From: Lytechinus pictus
Taxonomy: Eukaryota
Assembly (NCBI RefSeq): GCF_037042905.1
Contig: NC_087252.1
Location: 13,518,001-13,582,000, forward strand
Direction: 5' to 3'
Length of the DNA: 64,000 nucleotides
Shown: positions 38,370-51,260 of the stretch, one piece after another
Numbering within the stretch: position 1 is the stretch's first letter
Layout: every line of letters starts with the position of its first letter
Position numbers and translations under genes: made by a program
Notes under the pieces: model-generated
What the model saw: the letters and a program-made list of their open reading frames with translations, nothing else
Told to the model about the DNA's origin: nothing
The model's database searches: none

Positions 38370-39231
38370 CTGCATAAAAGGGAATAAGTGTAATCTCTTA
38401 TGGTTTATCAATTATTAATGATCTGCGAAATATGTGATTCCGATAGATGCCCTATTTGTGAACATGCTGTCAGTTTGATTTCATTCCGATAAGATTCTAT
38501 TGCTTTCCAATTTCAAATGTTTAAAGTATACACACAAAGAAAATTCACAAAAGTGATGATTATAGACAAATTATATATGAATGGAAAGGTCTTGTCTTTT
38601 TATACACAAATATGTCACTAAAAAGTCTTATCGATGTCGTGGAAATGCAAGAAATGAAATTATTAGAGACCATTCTAAGCCCCCCAGCCGCCCCCCAGAC
38701 CGACAGTTCACGCAGTGAAAACAGTCGAGAATAATGACGTCACACAATAATCGAGCTCATCATCCCTCTGTGCATAATACACTGAATCACCTTACTGACC
38801 TCTTCAATATCTTCCGAATTTACCGTTTTCTTCATGTAATGTGACATCCGAATTCTGTTTTCGACAACTTCAGACTATAAGGGAACCAGAACTGTGTTAT
38901 TTTTCCCGTTTTTTATTGAATTGTGAACTGGAAAGATCGATTTTGTCCACTCGACAGTCTTCGTTGTGTTGCTCTACTAACTATTGAAAAACTCCAAGCT
39001 GCACGGTCCCATTCACTTGCTCCCGATGCATGTTGCAGGCTACGCTGTTTGATCCAGTCAAAAGTCAAGGTAAGCATGTTTGGAAACTGTACTTGTTCTG
39101 ACGATGCATTCAGGTCAGATGACAGATACAGATCTGATATAAGTTTAGAATCATGCATTTTGGCATAACTACTATTAAAATTAAAAAGTTTTTATTTTAG
39201 AAATAATGTTTTTGTACAATTCCACCCAAGG

Positions 39232-39832
39232 CAAGGGTTCATTACATGCCGCCACGCACAGAAAAATCAAGCCATAGAAGTCGTGTGTTGTGGACCCAAG
39301 AAGTGAGATCCCAGACGCCTCCAGGCTAAGCACGCGCGACCCACTAGTTAGAAATCCACTGCCAAACGCGGTTCGTGGTGCGGGGTTAGTATACTTAATA
39401 CGTGTGAGTGGCACAATTCCAGCAGATTTTTTCTTCAGATTTCTAAAACTGGTCAGGACTCAGGCAGGCAATTAAATTATTTAGGAGCACTGAGTGGTAT
39501 GGACCATGGCTGAAAATCTGCTGTTTCAGAGGAATGTTTAAGTTTTTATTATACACAGAATTATATCACCATGATGCCGATGTCATGAAGCCAGACAAAT
39601 TTTCAGCAGTGATTACCCTGATTCCTGGCCAAAATCACTCACACGTATTGCGAGGTTAGTATTAGTATACTACTAGTACGTATTGCGAGGTTAGTATTAG
39701 TATACTAACCACGAACCGCGTTTGGCAGTGGATTTCTAACTAGTGGGTCGCGCGTGCTGGGATCTCACTTCTTGGGTCCACGACTTCTATTGCTTGAATT
39801 TTCTGTGCGCGGCGGCATGTAATGAACCCTTG
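39232..39832. mobile_element. Nested element with ~150 bp inverted arms
   Basis: caagggttcattacatgccgcc...gcacgcgcgacccactagttagaaatccactgccaaacgcggttcgtggt and its reverse complement. Confidence 0.75.
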
Positions 39833-41605
39833 GGTGGGCCAAAATTAGAGTCTGGTGTTTCTTTCTGATTAGAGTGTTGCTGCATATATGTATGCGTAAT
39901 GCCTTCAACAATGAAGATAAATGCAATCTTTGTAATGACACAGAGACTCAGAGAGCACCGTACCTCAAGTGATGTTCGTGTAGTCTCCACTTCACTACTG
40001 GAGTACTGCTACAGCCTACACTACGCTACACACTTACCCGGGTAGGTGTGGCGTACATGTACGGTAGTGTAGCGGTAGTGAAGTGGAGTGGGGCCTACAC
40101 AAACATTACTTGAGCCAGCACCAGTGTTCTGAGTGGAACTTTTCAGGTGTCTAAACCTACTATCATTTGTTGTTGACCGGGAATTACATGCCACCGCACG
40201 TCATCAATCATCACGATAATTAAATTCATACTTTGATTTGATTATTTAAACTATTTCTTTTTTTCTCTCTTCTACACACAGATCTGCACAATTGCTAACT
40301 CTGGTGACTTCTGGTCTCTGCTTGCTACCTCAATCTGGGAGATTCCATCATGTCCTTTTACTATGATTTGGATATAGCCATTTTTTTCTTCACTCTTTCC
40401 AGGACCTACGGTTTGCAAGTTGTGGAATGATAATGATACAAAAGAAAAAATTTCTTTATCAATCTTGGAAACAATTTTGAGCACAGTTTTGGAGAGAACT
40501 AAGAAATTTTACTCGGACAGGAATACAGCTTGTCAAAAATAATAACACACAATTTAAAACGAAAGAACAATTTTAATGTTACTAGGGCATTTTGCGAGAA
40601 ATGTTATACTCAATCACACGTCCCAAATCAAGGGAAAGTCCTTTGATTAAACATGTAGTTGAATTGCGATTGCAACTCGACCTTATTACGCTTGAATTTG
40701 AATTTAAGACTTACGCTTGATTTGCAATTGAACATAAGTTTCTTGCAGTGCCCCATAATTATGTTTTGTTATCAGATATTTAACATGCTGATTTTTCTCG
40801 AAAGGTATAATATATTTGTCCTTTTAAACGGTATTTGAATATGGGTACGCCTTTTATTTGTTTTCCACAATATTTATTGCATGTATGAACAGAAGTGAAA
40901 TATTTATTGTGAAGCACTGTGAATGTTGTGTGATGGTTCATCATCAGACTGAAAGCCTGGTGGATGTGAGGAAGTGGCCTGGATGAAAGAAAAGTGAACA
41001 TGTGTCCAATTACTGATTTGCATATTCTAAGACAATTTTGTTTCTGGATAAATTTTGCTATGCATTCCCTACATTAAGAGTAAAGGAGAAGTCCACGCAA
41101 TCAAAAATTCATTTGAATTTAAAGAAAAATAACAAGATATTGCAGGAAATTTCATAAAAACTTTGATTCAAATTTATATAATTACTATTTTAACAGTTCC
41201 GTAAATATAACCTATTGTGATCAGATGAAGAGTTTCCTATCGTCAAATCTGCAAAGAATAAAAAACAAAATGCCACAAAAAATAGAAACGAATGTGATGT
41301 GAGTGACAACTCTAATTTGCATATCATTGTTTTGTGTATATGACTGTTTTGAGTAAAAACAACAAGGGAAATCACTCTATTCAAATAATTGTTAGTTGAT
41401 GTGGACTTGACTTTTAACTCTACCCCTCCCATCCCAAATAAGAGTAGAAATAATCTAATCAAGAACTTGAAAATCAAAAGCAGCAATTAAGAAGCAAGAT
41501 TTGATAAATACAGGTCTGAATAGAATTTCACAAGAAAATAAAAAGAGAAAAAAAAGATGGGTAGGGACGGGGAAGGAATAAAAAAAAAATACCCAGAAAA
41601 AAAAA

Positions 41606-41680
41606 ATCCGAGTTTCGAACCAGGGTCCTCGCACATGACAAAACAATGGCCAACGCATTTGGCCACAGACCATCGCCCTA
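41606..41680 (-). pseudogene. Degenerate tRNA-like sequence or SINE head
   Basis: tggccaaatg A-box-like and ggttcgaaact B-box-like motifs at tRNA spacing; stems do not pair well. Confidence 0.35.
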
Positions 41681-42958
41681 ACAGGAAGGCATTTTTAAGA
41701 TATATGAAAGAAAGTCCGCTCGCCGCTGTTTCCTAATAATGCTTCGGCAATTCAACTGCAATTTCAGTCATTTCGCGATGGATATTGCCGTGTTTTTTTT
41801 GTGATTCCTGACTTTGCTACTTAATGAAATTTCATAATTTTTGTTCAGTCATAAAGAAGAATGTCTATGCTTTATATTGACTATAACATTAATGTGACGC
41901 AAGTGTGATTTCTACGTGAAAATATGCTTTGTTTATTCACCTATATTTCTTGAAAAAAAAAAAAATTCTAAGCTAAATATCGGTCACCAAAATACGTTAA
42001 ATGTGCACTTTTTTTCACTGTTCAGTAAATTCAAACTTTTATCTATATAACAAGACCAATCTTAAGAGGAATAAACAATTCTAAGAGCAAAAAACGCTGA
42101 TTGGAAAGATCGTCTCCAATGGGCTGCTGTCAGCTCAGCTGCTCACTGCTCATTGTGTGACGTCACTCAGCTGGAGCTCGCAAGAGGACCGGTGGAAGGC
42201 AGAAATATGGCATGAAAATAAATCATTTTTGAGAGCTGATTTCTGCAATCTCTGATCACTATTTTGAAAAGTGAAGTTATATATCTGATTAGTAATACTT
42301 CCCCTTTACAATGATGACCACATAAAGTCATTATAAAATACTTTTGATTCTTTGGATGTATACTTTAACATGAAATGATTATAGCGTATAAACTATTAAT
42401 GTCATTGTGAGTCTTATTCGTCCTTGTTTTTTTTTCTTCTCCTGCTCCTCCTCCTTCTGATCTTTCTTCTTCTCCTTCTTTTTCTTCTTAATGATCGGCA
42501 TTTGTACAGTATTATTTGTTCTCTTTGTGTTTTGCCACCTTTCTGAGTTGTTCTTTGTTTCGTTTTTCGGTCTTATTTAATCTTCATAATGTCGTCACGT
42601 GCATTAACAAAATAATTTTAAAGAGATATGTATAAAAAACGGAACCTTGTTTAAAAGGATTCTGCTCCAAGGTTTTATCCACATTTCCGTTTCATGCACT
42701 ACATTCATGTAGCGATTGAGAATGCTTCTTGATTGCGTTCCATATTCATCTCGTATGTAAAATGTATATGTTAAGGCTGCTGTTATTATATTAAAGTTTT
42801 GTAACTATTGGATCTATTAACCAATGAAAGACATTGGAAAGAGATTGGATCTATTAACCAATGAAAGACAAATAAAAATGAAATTTTTGTAACGTCACGG
42901 ATTTGTCGAAATAAAACTTTATGAAAAGTCAAAATTATATAATTGTCTATGGACTTAC

Positions 42959-43133
42959 TCGTGGCGCTCATCTACTGCCAATGTTATAGGGATTGCTTTT
43001 AATCTAGGAATAAAGTCAGTCTCAGGCCTTGGTAGGGTATTTCCTTGTGCAATTGAGATCGTTCTTATGTTTCTTTCCCGTGTGCCAAAGAAGAGAATGC
43101 GAGATCTCTCGGCCACAGCAAGTGCAATTATAT
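42959..43133 (-). CDS. EGF-YWTD gene exon: propeller blades
   Basis: Acceptor atcacag|AT, donor GA|gtaagt, 175 bp, phase 1/2; IIALAVAERSRILFF...PITLAVDERH. Confidence 0.85.
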
Positions 43134-43811
43134 CTGTGATTAATAATATAAAATAACATTCGGCATTGAAATATGACATTGGAGCTCGTGAAACTTATTA
43201 TGTTTTTAGAATGAAGAGCGTAAATACTTCTCCTGCAGGAAGGAAAGTTCCCCGAAGAATCGAAACTTGCACACGTATAACCGCTATGCTGAAGAAGCCG
43301 TCACTTGATGGGAGGAACTGAGCAGGTTACCGTTCCAAACCTACCTACCATCCCTTGCCCAAGTTGTTGAGAAAGTTGTTGAGACTGACGGCACATCTGC
43401 ACTCGGACCTTCTCGAGACCATGCAGTTTGCCTCTTAACGGCACCACTGTTTTCTTAAATCCGCAGTGTTCATGGAAGCGAACCCCCCCCCCCCCAATTA
43501 TGTATCGCCATTCCCTCCACCTACTTTTGGGACAACAAACATTCATTTTCTGTTTCATCTGTTTATGGTAACTCCCATAGGAACTCAGCAGGACAGCGTT
43601 TTGCTGGTAAATGCCAAGGTGGTATATAGCCAATTACACAGGAAACATTTTACGTCTAACATCAGTAAGAGTGGCTGACCTTATAGACGACAGATATTGC
43701 TCTCGGGCCTTTTTATCAAAGTGGAGACAATGGCAAATTCCTGAATCAAATAAATGTTATAATATTCGTAGGGTATTATCACAAGATTTAATTTAAAAAA
43801 ATGCTACATAC

Positions 43812-44039
43812 CATCGGCTCCTTTATCGTTAACGGTCTCCCTGTTTCCCCCGTCATCGTCGGCTCGACATACAACATTTGACTCGCTGTCTACCCAGTAG
43901 ATCTTCTTGTCAAAAGAATCATATGTGATACGACGAGCGAGAGGTATAGACGGAATAGAACTGAAGCTCAGAGTCTCCTCGAGGGCTGAAACATACAGCA
44001 CTCCGTCTAAAGATTTGATAAGGATCTTTGCAGTTATTG
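43812..44039 (-). CDS. EGF-YWTD gene exon: YWTD (LDLR class B) repeat
   Basis: Acceptor atttcag|CA, donor G|gtatgt, 228 bp; ITYDSFDKKIYWVDSESNVVCRADDDGGNRETV. Confidence 0.88.
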
Positions 44040-46035
44040 CTGAAATACAATGCGAAATAAAGAGTGGCAGTCCAGGTATATCCATAACGGGATCAGTGCG
44101 CAGACATATAAAATGAGAGGATCATCTATGCTGGATGTCAAAAACTCCTAACCTGTCTACAAGGGGCCCCGGCGGCCTGGCAGAAAAGGAATTGCCTTAC
44201 ATTACCACAGTGAAAGTTTTGATTCAACTAGAAAATAAAAGGGGCTTTAATCACAAGTGAATAAGGGCATACTGGAATGGGGCACTTGATCAGAGGTTAA
44301 AAAGGACACATCTGAAGCGGAATATCTTTAAGAAATGAATAAGAAGTTGCTGAAGTGGGCAATAATGATTTTTTTAAAGGGATTTTTAAAGTAAAGATGT
44401 ATTTGCAGTAGTAAACAGAACGCTAAATTAGGTAAATGGGTGCTGATTGCATGTGGATGAAAAGAGCGGGTTAAGAAGGGCAACCTATTGCTACGAAAAC
44501 GGGGACATATATAAGATGCAAAAGGGACACTTTTTACAACATAATTATAACGGGTCCTTCTAAGATGAAAGGGGCAGTGAACACAAGTCATTGTTAAGCG
44601 GGCATTATTTTCTTGGGTAAAAAGCGACACTTTTTGTGCTTAAAATACCCATTCCCATTCCCGCTCCCGAACCCCGCCCATGTGTTTTTGCAACAAACCG
44701 GACCCTGTCGAATCCACCTGCTGGCATTAGTATTATAATGAATGTATCTCCATGCTTTAGGAATCCATTAACATAATTACCATAATTCATTTTCAGTTTT
44801 CTTCTTGTTCTCTTGTATTTGTTACATTTCTTTTTTGGGATTATACTAATGAGATTGGATTGTCAATGGATACAATTCTATAGCACGCCTCTTCATATCC
44901 ACCTCTGGTCTCATTATAACTGCAATAATCACATAAGTGGAGCGTTACCTGAAAGGACTTGTTGGATTTTTTTTATCCGAAAAGTCCCATTGTATCCGAC
45001 AATTACCATAGTAACAGTGCTTCTCAGCCAATCAAAATCAAGGAAAGTATTCAAGTCTGACAACTTGTCAGACAAAATAGTGGATGAAACACTCCTCAGA
45101 CTTTAAATTGACGGATAATGTTGATAATCATAATAAAAGTATAAAGGATTACATCTGCCTTGAGGATTTTTTTATGTTTTTCACATCATTTTGCTGTATA
45201 CAACTTAGGAGCTAATTGTATTTAGCTCACCGGTTCCAAAAGATTGCTGATAACATTACAGTGATTGCCTTTTTTACCATTTCTTTAAATCGGGAAGAAT
45301 TTTAAAGTGCATAAGGTAATCAATTCCTACCAGATGATATGAGTGACCTCATCAGGATCGCCTGCATCACAATGAAAAAAGATCCTGCTGATGGAAATAT
45401 AACCATGATTGGGATTCTAACAAACGGAACCTGATTGAAAGGCGGGAATAAGAACCATTAGACGTCGACGCTCCACATGGTAATAATAATATGCATATTA
45501 ATGATGAGTCCTTGGATGCCTCACACCGCCGCATTTTTTTCTTATGACTTTTCAGCCTTTTCATTTATGTTTTTGTTCGGAGTCATTGAATAAGAGTATA
45601 AGGCTTTTACCTTTTTTCAAAGTCTCGTCTCAATTTTTCAAAAAGGGGGATATTGTTCACTTTAAGTTCTTGTCTACCTTTTGGGAACTAATTATTAGAC
45701 CACTTTCATACTAAACTCCTACGATGGTTTATTATTACTTAAGCTGTAAATTGGGATTCGAACCCGTCAATGTGAGCAATGTAAGTTTGTTTGAGTCATT
45801 GCTAATTACTTTATAGCGATTCGTGTATATATTTTACTTGTAATGTTTGTATTTTGTTGACGAAAATGACTATCTATCTATATCTAGCAATCAATCATCT
45901 ATCTATCTTTTTATATTTCTTTCTTTCTATCTATCTATCTTTCTAATCCATCTATCTATCTATCTATCTATCTAACCAGCTCGCATGTTGCTTGTGTATA
46001 ATTTCCTGTTTTGAATAAAAGAAAGCAATATTTAC

Positions 46036-46140
46036 CAGTCTCACAATGTCTTCCCTTGAAGCATGGTAAGCAGATGCAGATATGTCCGTCCACTGTCTCC
46101 TCACATGATCCCTGATTCTTGCATGGATTTGTGTAGCAAT
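46036..46140 (-). CDS. EGF-YWTD gene exon: EGF-like domain
   Basis: Acceptor ttctcag|AT, donor G|gtaaat, 105 bp; DCYTNPCKNQGSCEETVDGHICICLPCFKGRHCET has EGF cysteine spacing plus one extra Cys. Confidence 0.9.
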
Positions 46141-47980
46141 CTGAGAACAAGGATTTTTTTTATTTTTATTCTTCTTCTTCATAAGAATTCACCACTTAAT
46201 ACATTCATACCGCAATACTATAAAGTAAGTAATCAAGTGCTTTCCCTCTCTTAACTGACAGTAAATACAAAATGGAAATTCGTTCTCAGTTTTGTCAATA
46301 TGTATCTCCAAAAAGTAAGACTAGATATTTATTATACACCATCGATGATAGACGATGACCTCATAAAGCGTCAGTTAGTTCACTCTCACTACGTGTATGA
46401 CTATTGCAGAAATCTTTTCCTGGGAGCAGGACGCGTGATTTTTTTTTGTTTTTAAGTCGAAAGCGAGTGAGCGAAGCGACCTAGCTTGTATTGGGGGTTC
46501 TTTTGCATTTTCTAAATTGAAATTGAGGGATGTTGAGCACAATTTTTTTGAAGATTTTTATCAAAAAATGTAATTTTTTCAAAATTTCTGGGATCGGGAT
46601 GATAACTGCTTCCGCTTTCTGCGTGATGCCATGTTTAAATAGCATTGTGTTCAAATTAATCTGGGGTTCCAAAATATTTTTTTTTGACGATGCGCACTAG
46701 CAGACGCTGTTGATAAAGGTGGTATAAAAGTGATAGAGGTCGAAAGCAAACATCAAGTTTGAGCTTTAAGTTGCTTATATATTGTTGAGCGAGAAGCAAG
46801 ATCATTTGTCTCGATAAGCATTTGCTTCATATTGATTTATTTTGTTGGTGGTGTCACACTGTTATTGATTAGTGTGTCATTCACAGTACATGTTCAAAAT
46901 CAAGATGGCAAGATAAAACAACATTTTATAAAAAAAAAGTTTCAAGGCGTGGGAGCTAATTACAATAATGACTGATCCGAGAAGGTACAATGCATCCGAA
47001 CCAGTAATTAATTATGTTTGAATAAATAAACCAGATCGAGATCCACCGTAATGTGATGACGATTGAACCTGTTTTGACCTACTCCGATGAACTTCAGTTT
47101 GCTTCAAATACATTGTTTTACCATTAAGAAACGACGCCTCTCGTATGGATGGGCAATGTAATTATTATTAATTAGTGCACGTATACCGATATATTCTTTG
47201 CGGGCAAGCTAGGATGCCCAGGGTAGTATGTAAATGCTTATGAACATCTTTGAGTTGAGTAATTAAGTGCTTTGCATGTTAAGAAAATGGAAGATAATTA
47301 ATTACAAGTGTTGTCAAATCATACAAAAACAAGCTTTGTTTATGGCAATGAAAGGTAGCAATTATGTCCGAGTGTTTCTATGGCATAATATGAAGCAGTA
47401 TGTAGTCTTCACGGTACATCACGTATAATACAACAGCAGCAACATCAACAACAATATATAATGACAATAAAAGTAATTATATTGATAATGATAATGACGA
47501 CACTATGAATAATGATAATAATAATAATAATAATAACAATAATAATTTTGTTTTGTAGTAGTCTGTATTATTCATTCAAATAACAATCATACATACATGA
47601 TCAACAAAATATAAAACAAAATGATAATTGCAGCTGTAAAAACACAAATAAAATTACTGTGTAATAAACATAGCAGACAAATTGCATGTATCGGAACAGT
47701 GACATAATCCGATAACGATAATAATGAGAAGGATAATAATCATAATAACAATGATACTGATTATGATAATGATAATAAAAATAAAAGACTATTAGAAAGA
47801 TACAAACAAAAAATAAGTCCTGAAATTATCAGCATTCAATGCTTAAGAAATTGGCTTTTTGTCCAATAAATATAATTTCGATTGTATATCCGTACATCAC
47901 TAATTCATGGTATACATATTCATACAATATTACATACTATATAGTAAACAAATATATCAGGCTCTGAGAAAGTATAGTGA

Positions 47981-48474
47981 AATTATTTATCCGAGGTTGG
48001 TCTGGCAATTACTATTTTTCCCGAGGGGCGAAGCCCCGAGGGAAATATAGTAGTTTTGCCAGTCCAACCGAGGATTAATAATTCCCACTATGCTTTCGAA
48101 TGAAACGCTTGGTATATTTGTTTTATATCCTACATTTGATAATTTACAACCAAAATCTATGCGTTGAGCTTGCAAAGTCCGGTTACTTGAGTTGAATTAC
48201 TTACTTTTCTCCGAGCCACCGCGCTCAGCGGAACGCAGATTAGTGCCTGCGCCGACGCATCGCTGGACTTGCCCAGGAGAGAGAGCGCGCTGGCCGGTGC
48301 GCCAGAGAGTTTAGCTAGATATCCAGTTTTGCGAAATGATGACGTCAGACCTCGATATATCCAAAAATATATCGAGGTCTGACGTCACGCAATATCATAG
48401 TTGAAATATATTCGGTCACATGGTGCAATTTGAACCAATCACTATACAGGACTCACTCTATGTAGGATATAATA
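47981..48474. mobile_element. Non-autonomous element with terminal hairpin (Crypton-like, tentative)
   Basis: ~100 nt hairpin around ggggcgaagcccc; tatatcctaca (48124) / tgtaggatata (48461) inverted pair; internal perfect 21-bp hairpin. Confidence 0.45.
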
Positions 48475-48725
48475 TATTATATAGTATGGAGCGGAGTAGT
48501 GACTTGCGCTATGGACAGATTTAACCAGAACTAAGGATTTGCATTAAGCTATTGTATAAACTTTGAGCATAAAAAGAGAAAACAAGATATTTCCCCCCCA
48601 AAAAAAAAATGAAATAAATAAAATAAAATAAATAAATGATGATATGTGAGTGTGTGATAGATATTATGTGAGGCAGATGGGGTGATAAAGAGAGAGAGGT
48701 GAGAGACAGAGAGAGAGGGGTGAGG

Positions 48726-48773
<48 letters not shown>

Positions 48774-48940
48774 AGATTGGGGACATAAAGAGGCATGTAG
48801 AGAGTGTGTGTGTGTGTTATAGAGAGGGGGTGGGTGCGTGTGAGAGAGAGGAAGAAAGAGAGAGAGGGTGGGAGGGAAATGGAAAAGGGGGAAGACGAAG
48901 GGGAGAGGGCGGGGGGTTGTTGAGACAAATTTCAACTAAC

Positions 48941-49168
48941 CTGGTAGCCGGCATACTAAATGACGACCGACGTTATACATGGCAGGCATATTACCAGGTG
49001 GTCTTGATATGACTTTTGGTTGGAGCCTCGTCTTTGTTCCCCCTGGGCCAGTTATAAACTGGCATGAGATAGTCGGTGGTAGGATCATCACCGTAGATGA
49101 GCTCGATGGTGATGACGATATATCCCTTCTTGGTCTGTTCTTGACCTCGGAACCCCAGATCCCAGGTA
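48941..49168 (-). CDS. EGF-YWTD gene exon: end of leader, RPRR motif, N-terminal Cys-containing segment
   Basis: Acceptor gttcaag|TA, donor G|gttagt, 228 bp, phase 1/1; PGIWGSEVKNRPRRDISSS...PPTISC...LVCRLP. Confidence 0.7.
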
Positions 49169-49428
49169 CTTGAACGAGAAGAAGCAACGTAGAACAATCA
49201 TTACTTAAAAGAAAAATAAATTGAAGTTATTTTTCTCCGAAAATTACCACCACGATGATGAAGATGTTGGTTTAAGAATAGAGAATATTATAATGGTATC
49301 GACGGTATTGTTATTATTGATTTTCCATGGTCTCTGTATTGATGGTGGTGCTGCTGCTGATGATTATAATGTGGATATTTGGTTGGATTAGAATAATAAT
49401 TCATACTTAATTTTATCTTGTATCTTAC

Positions 49429-49504
49429 CTGTTAGGGATACATATACTGTGACGCACACCGGTATAAGCATGCTGAGGAAATGTTGAGCAAGTTGGTGAA
49501 CTTT
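49429..49504 (-). CDS. EGF-YWTD gene, signal-peptide exon (alternative start ATG 49471)
   Basis: Acceptor ttttccag, donor CAG|gtaaga; KVHQLAQHFLSMLIPVCVTVYVSLT continues as VPGIWG in the next exon. Confidence 0.65.
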
Positions 49505-49557
49505 CTGGAAAAAAAATGACGTTCAAAATGAAAATAAGTTAACACGTTAATACTCAC

Positions 49558-49599
49558 CGTACGGCATTTTATAACCATGTCAAGTTTATCTACAATCAT
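49558..49599 (-). CDS. EGF-YWTD gene, possible first coding exon
   Basis: MIVDKLDMVIKCRT then donor ACG|gtgagt, phase 0, in frame with the next exon across a 53-nt intron; may instead be UTR. Confidence 0.4.
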
Positions 49600-49645
49600 G
49601 ACACAAAAGATCTGCACAAAATCGGATATGCGTGGCTTCGATCCC

Positions 49646-50357
49646 CGGGGGGCGTTTAACAAAGATTTAAGTATGACAGAAGGTGGTTTCAAACCGCCTC
49701 GATCACAAGAATCCCCGTTAAATTACGAGAACTTTTTTAGGCTGAAAAATACCCATTAATTATTCCTGCATTCACACCGCCCTGAAACATACCCTTCGGG
49801 ATAAGTTCCTGAAGTAGTTCCTGAAGTTACGAGCATGCGCAGTATGGTCTGATAAGCAAGCAAGGCGCGAGATTCAAAATCACTAGCCCAGCAGCCACCC
49901 ACGGCGCCGCACCCAACGACACGCTGGGCTAAAAGTTCCCGTAATTTGCTTTCAGACCGCCAAAATACCCACGACCTTGGAAAAATCCCCGCGAAAGTTC
50001 TCGTAATTTCGCCAAGTACCTACTATTTATCGGGTATTTTCTTTCGGGGATATTACGCGTAGTTTGCTTTCAGACCGCCAAAATACCTGGTATTTTCTGA
50101 TCGGGGTAAATTTCCCGATCAGAGAATACCTGGAACTGGCGAACTTCGAGGCGGTCTGAAACCACCTTCTAGAGTCGCACTTAAATACCAAGTTGCGTAC
50201 GGTATGAAAGGCTTGACCGCATTGGTCAGATCGTGTCATGAGGACGCGCACTAATGCGTATCTATCAATAAGATCGCGAGTTGCATACCATGTACGCCTC
50301 GGCATTTAAGTGCGACTAAAGTCATATTTTAATCTTTGTGAAACACCCCCCCCCCCC
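49646..50357. mobile_element. MITE containing a nested MITE (49678-50170)
   Basis: Outer ggggggcgtttaacaaagatttaagtatgac / gtcatattttaatctttgtgaaacacccccc; inner agaaggtggtttcaaaccgcctcga / tcgaggcggtctgaaaccaccttct. Confidence 0.75.
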
Positions 50358-50563
50358 GGTCTTACCAACGTCTTACAAAATGGGATCTAAGTTGGGCGCT
50401 CAGCCATTTAGGCGAGAGAAATGTAGTTGTATAATATTAGCGTATTTTTGCGGTCACTACGCAGACGTTTGCTTCAATTATTAAACGCACCAATTCCTTT
50501 AAAAATTCAAAAGTCAAATCACAATGGACAGCTGAGAGGGTTTGTCGAAAGTTGATGGACCAG

Positions 50564-50708
50564 GGGTCCGTTGCAGAAAGAGTTGCGTTTAAACGCAAGT
50601 CAAAAAAACAATCGCAAGTCCCAAATGCGCTCTGTTGATTGGTTGAAAATCAAGTTGCGCATGATTTTTAGAGTTGCAATTGATTGCAACTCTTTCTGCA
50701 ACGGGCCC
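50564..50708. mobile_element. Short MITE (CWG-flanked)
   Basis: gggtccgttgcagaaagagttgc / gcaactctttctgcaacgggccc. Confidence 0.75.
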
Positions 50709-50996
50709 CTGGATAGCGGATCGGCCGGAGATTCGCACCGGACGAAAAATTGCAAATTTGTTATTTATCCAGAGTCCAGGACGACACTGCTGTTTTGATT
50801 CACCGATTTCCGACAAAGACTGTTTTGTCATGACGTGCGTTAATTGATAATAGATTCCCTCCGTTATAGAAAGCGTCTGCGTTGTGATTGCGAAAAAAAT
50901 CCCTATTATCATGGAGATGCAAACGCAAATGAAATGAGATAACGTTGACATACGGCATTTCATTACTCGGTCAAGCACGCCACGTTGCCTTATATA

Positions 50997-51260
50997 CCGG
51001 TGTGTTGGCTCAGTTGGAAGAGCGTCCGTCTCACAACCGGGAGGTCGGGGATTCAAACCCCAGCCGTGTCAGACCAAAAGACGTTAAAAGATGGGAGTTG
51101 CTGCTACCTTGTTTAGCGTTCAACGATTAATAGGGATAGAGCCTCGTCGATCTGGCGCTGCACAGCGGCTGCCGGGCCCACGATCAATTGAGCAAAGCAA
51201 ATTTTCGGAGTATTTCATTTCATGTCTATTTCGAACAATAAATTAAATTATGGATATATA
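50997..51260 (+). mobile_element. tRNA-derived SINE, family A, near full length
   Basis: tggctcagttggaagagcg A box, gattcaaacccc B box, followed by ~190 bp non-tRNA body. Confidence 0.85.

Larger units (their letters stand above)
38525..42364. mobile_element. ~3.8 kb TTAA-flanked element (Kolobok-like) in an EGF-YWTD intron, with nested inserts
   Basis: ttaa|agtatacacacaaagaa ... ttctttggatgtatact|ttaa, 15 of 17 inverted matches. Confidence 0.55.

Noticed and set aside
42640..42810. Open minus-strand frame as a possible extra EGF-YWTD exon
   Set aside because: Splice phase does not fit; exon 38245-38369 already bridges the neighbours and has the expected motif
50997..51070. tRNA gene with CAC anticodon
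   Set aside because: Poor stems and continues into a body shared with two other copies, so it is a SINE head
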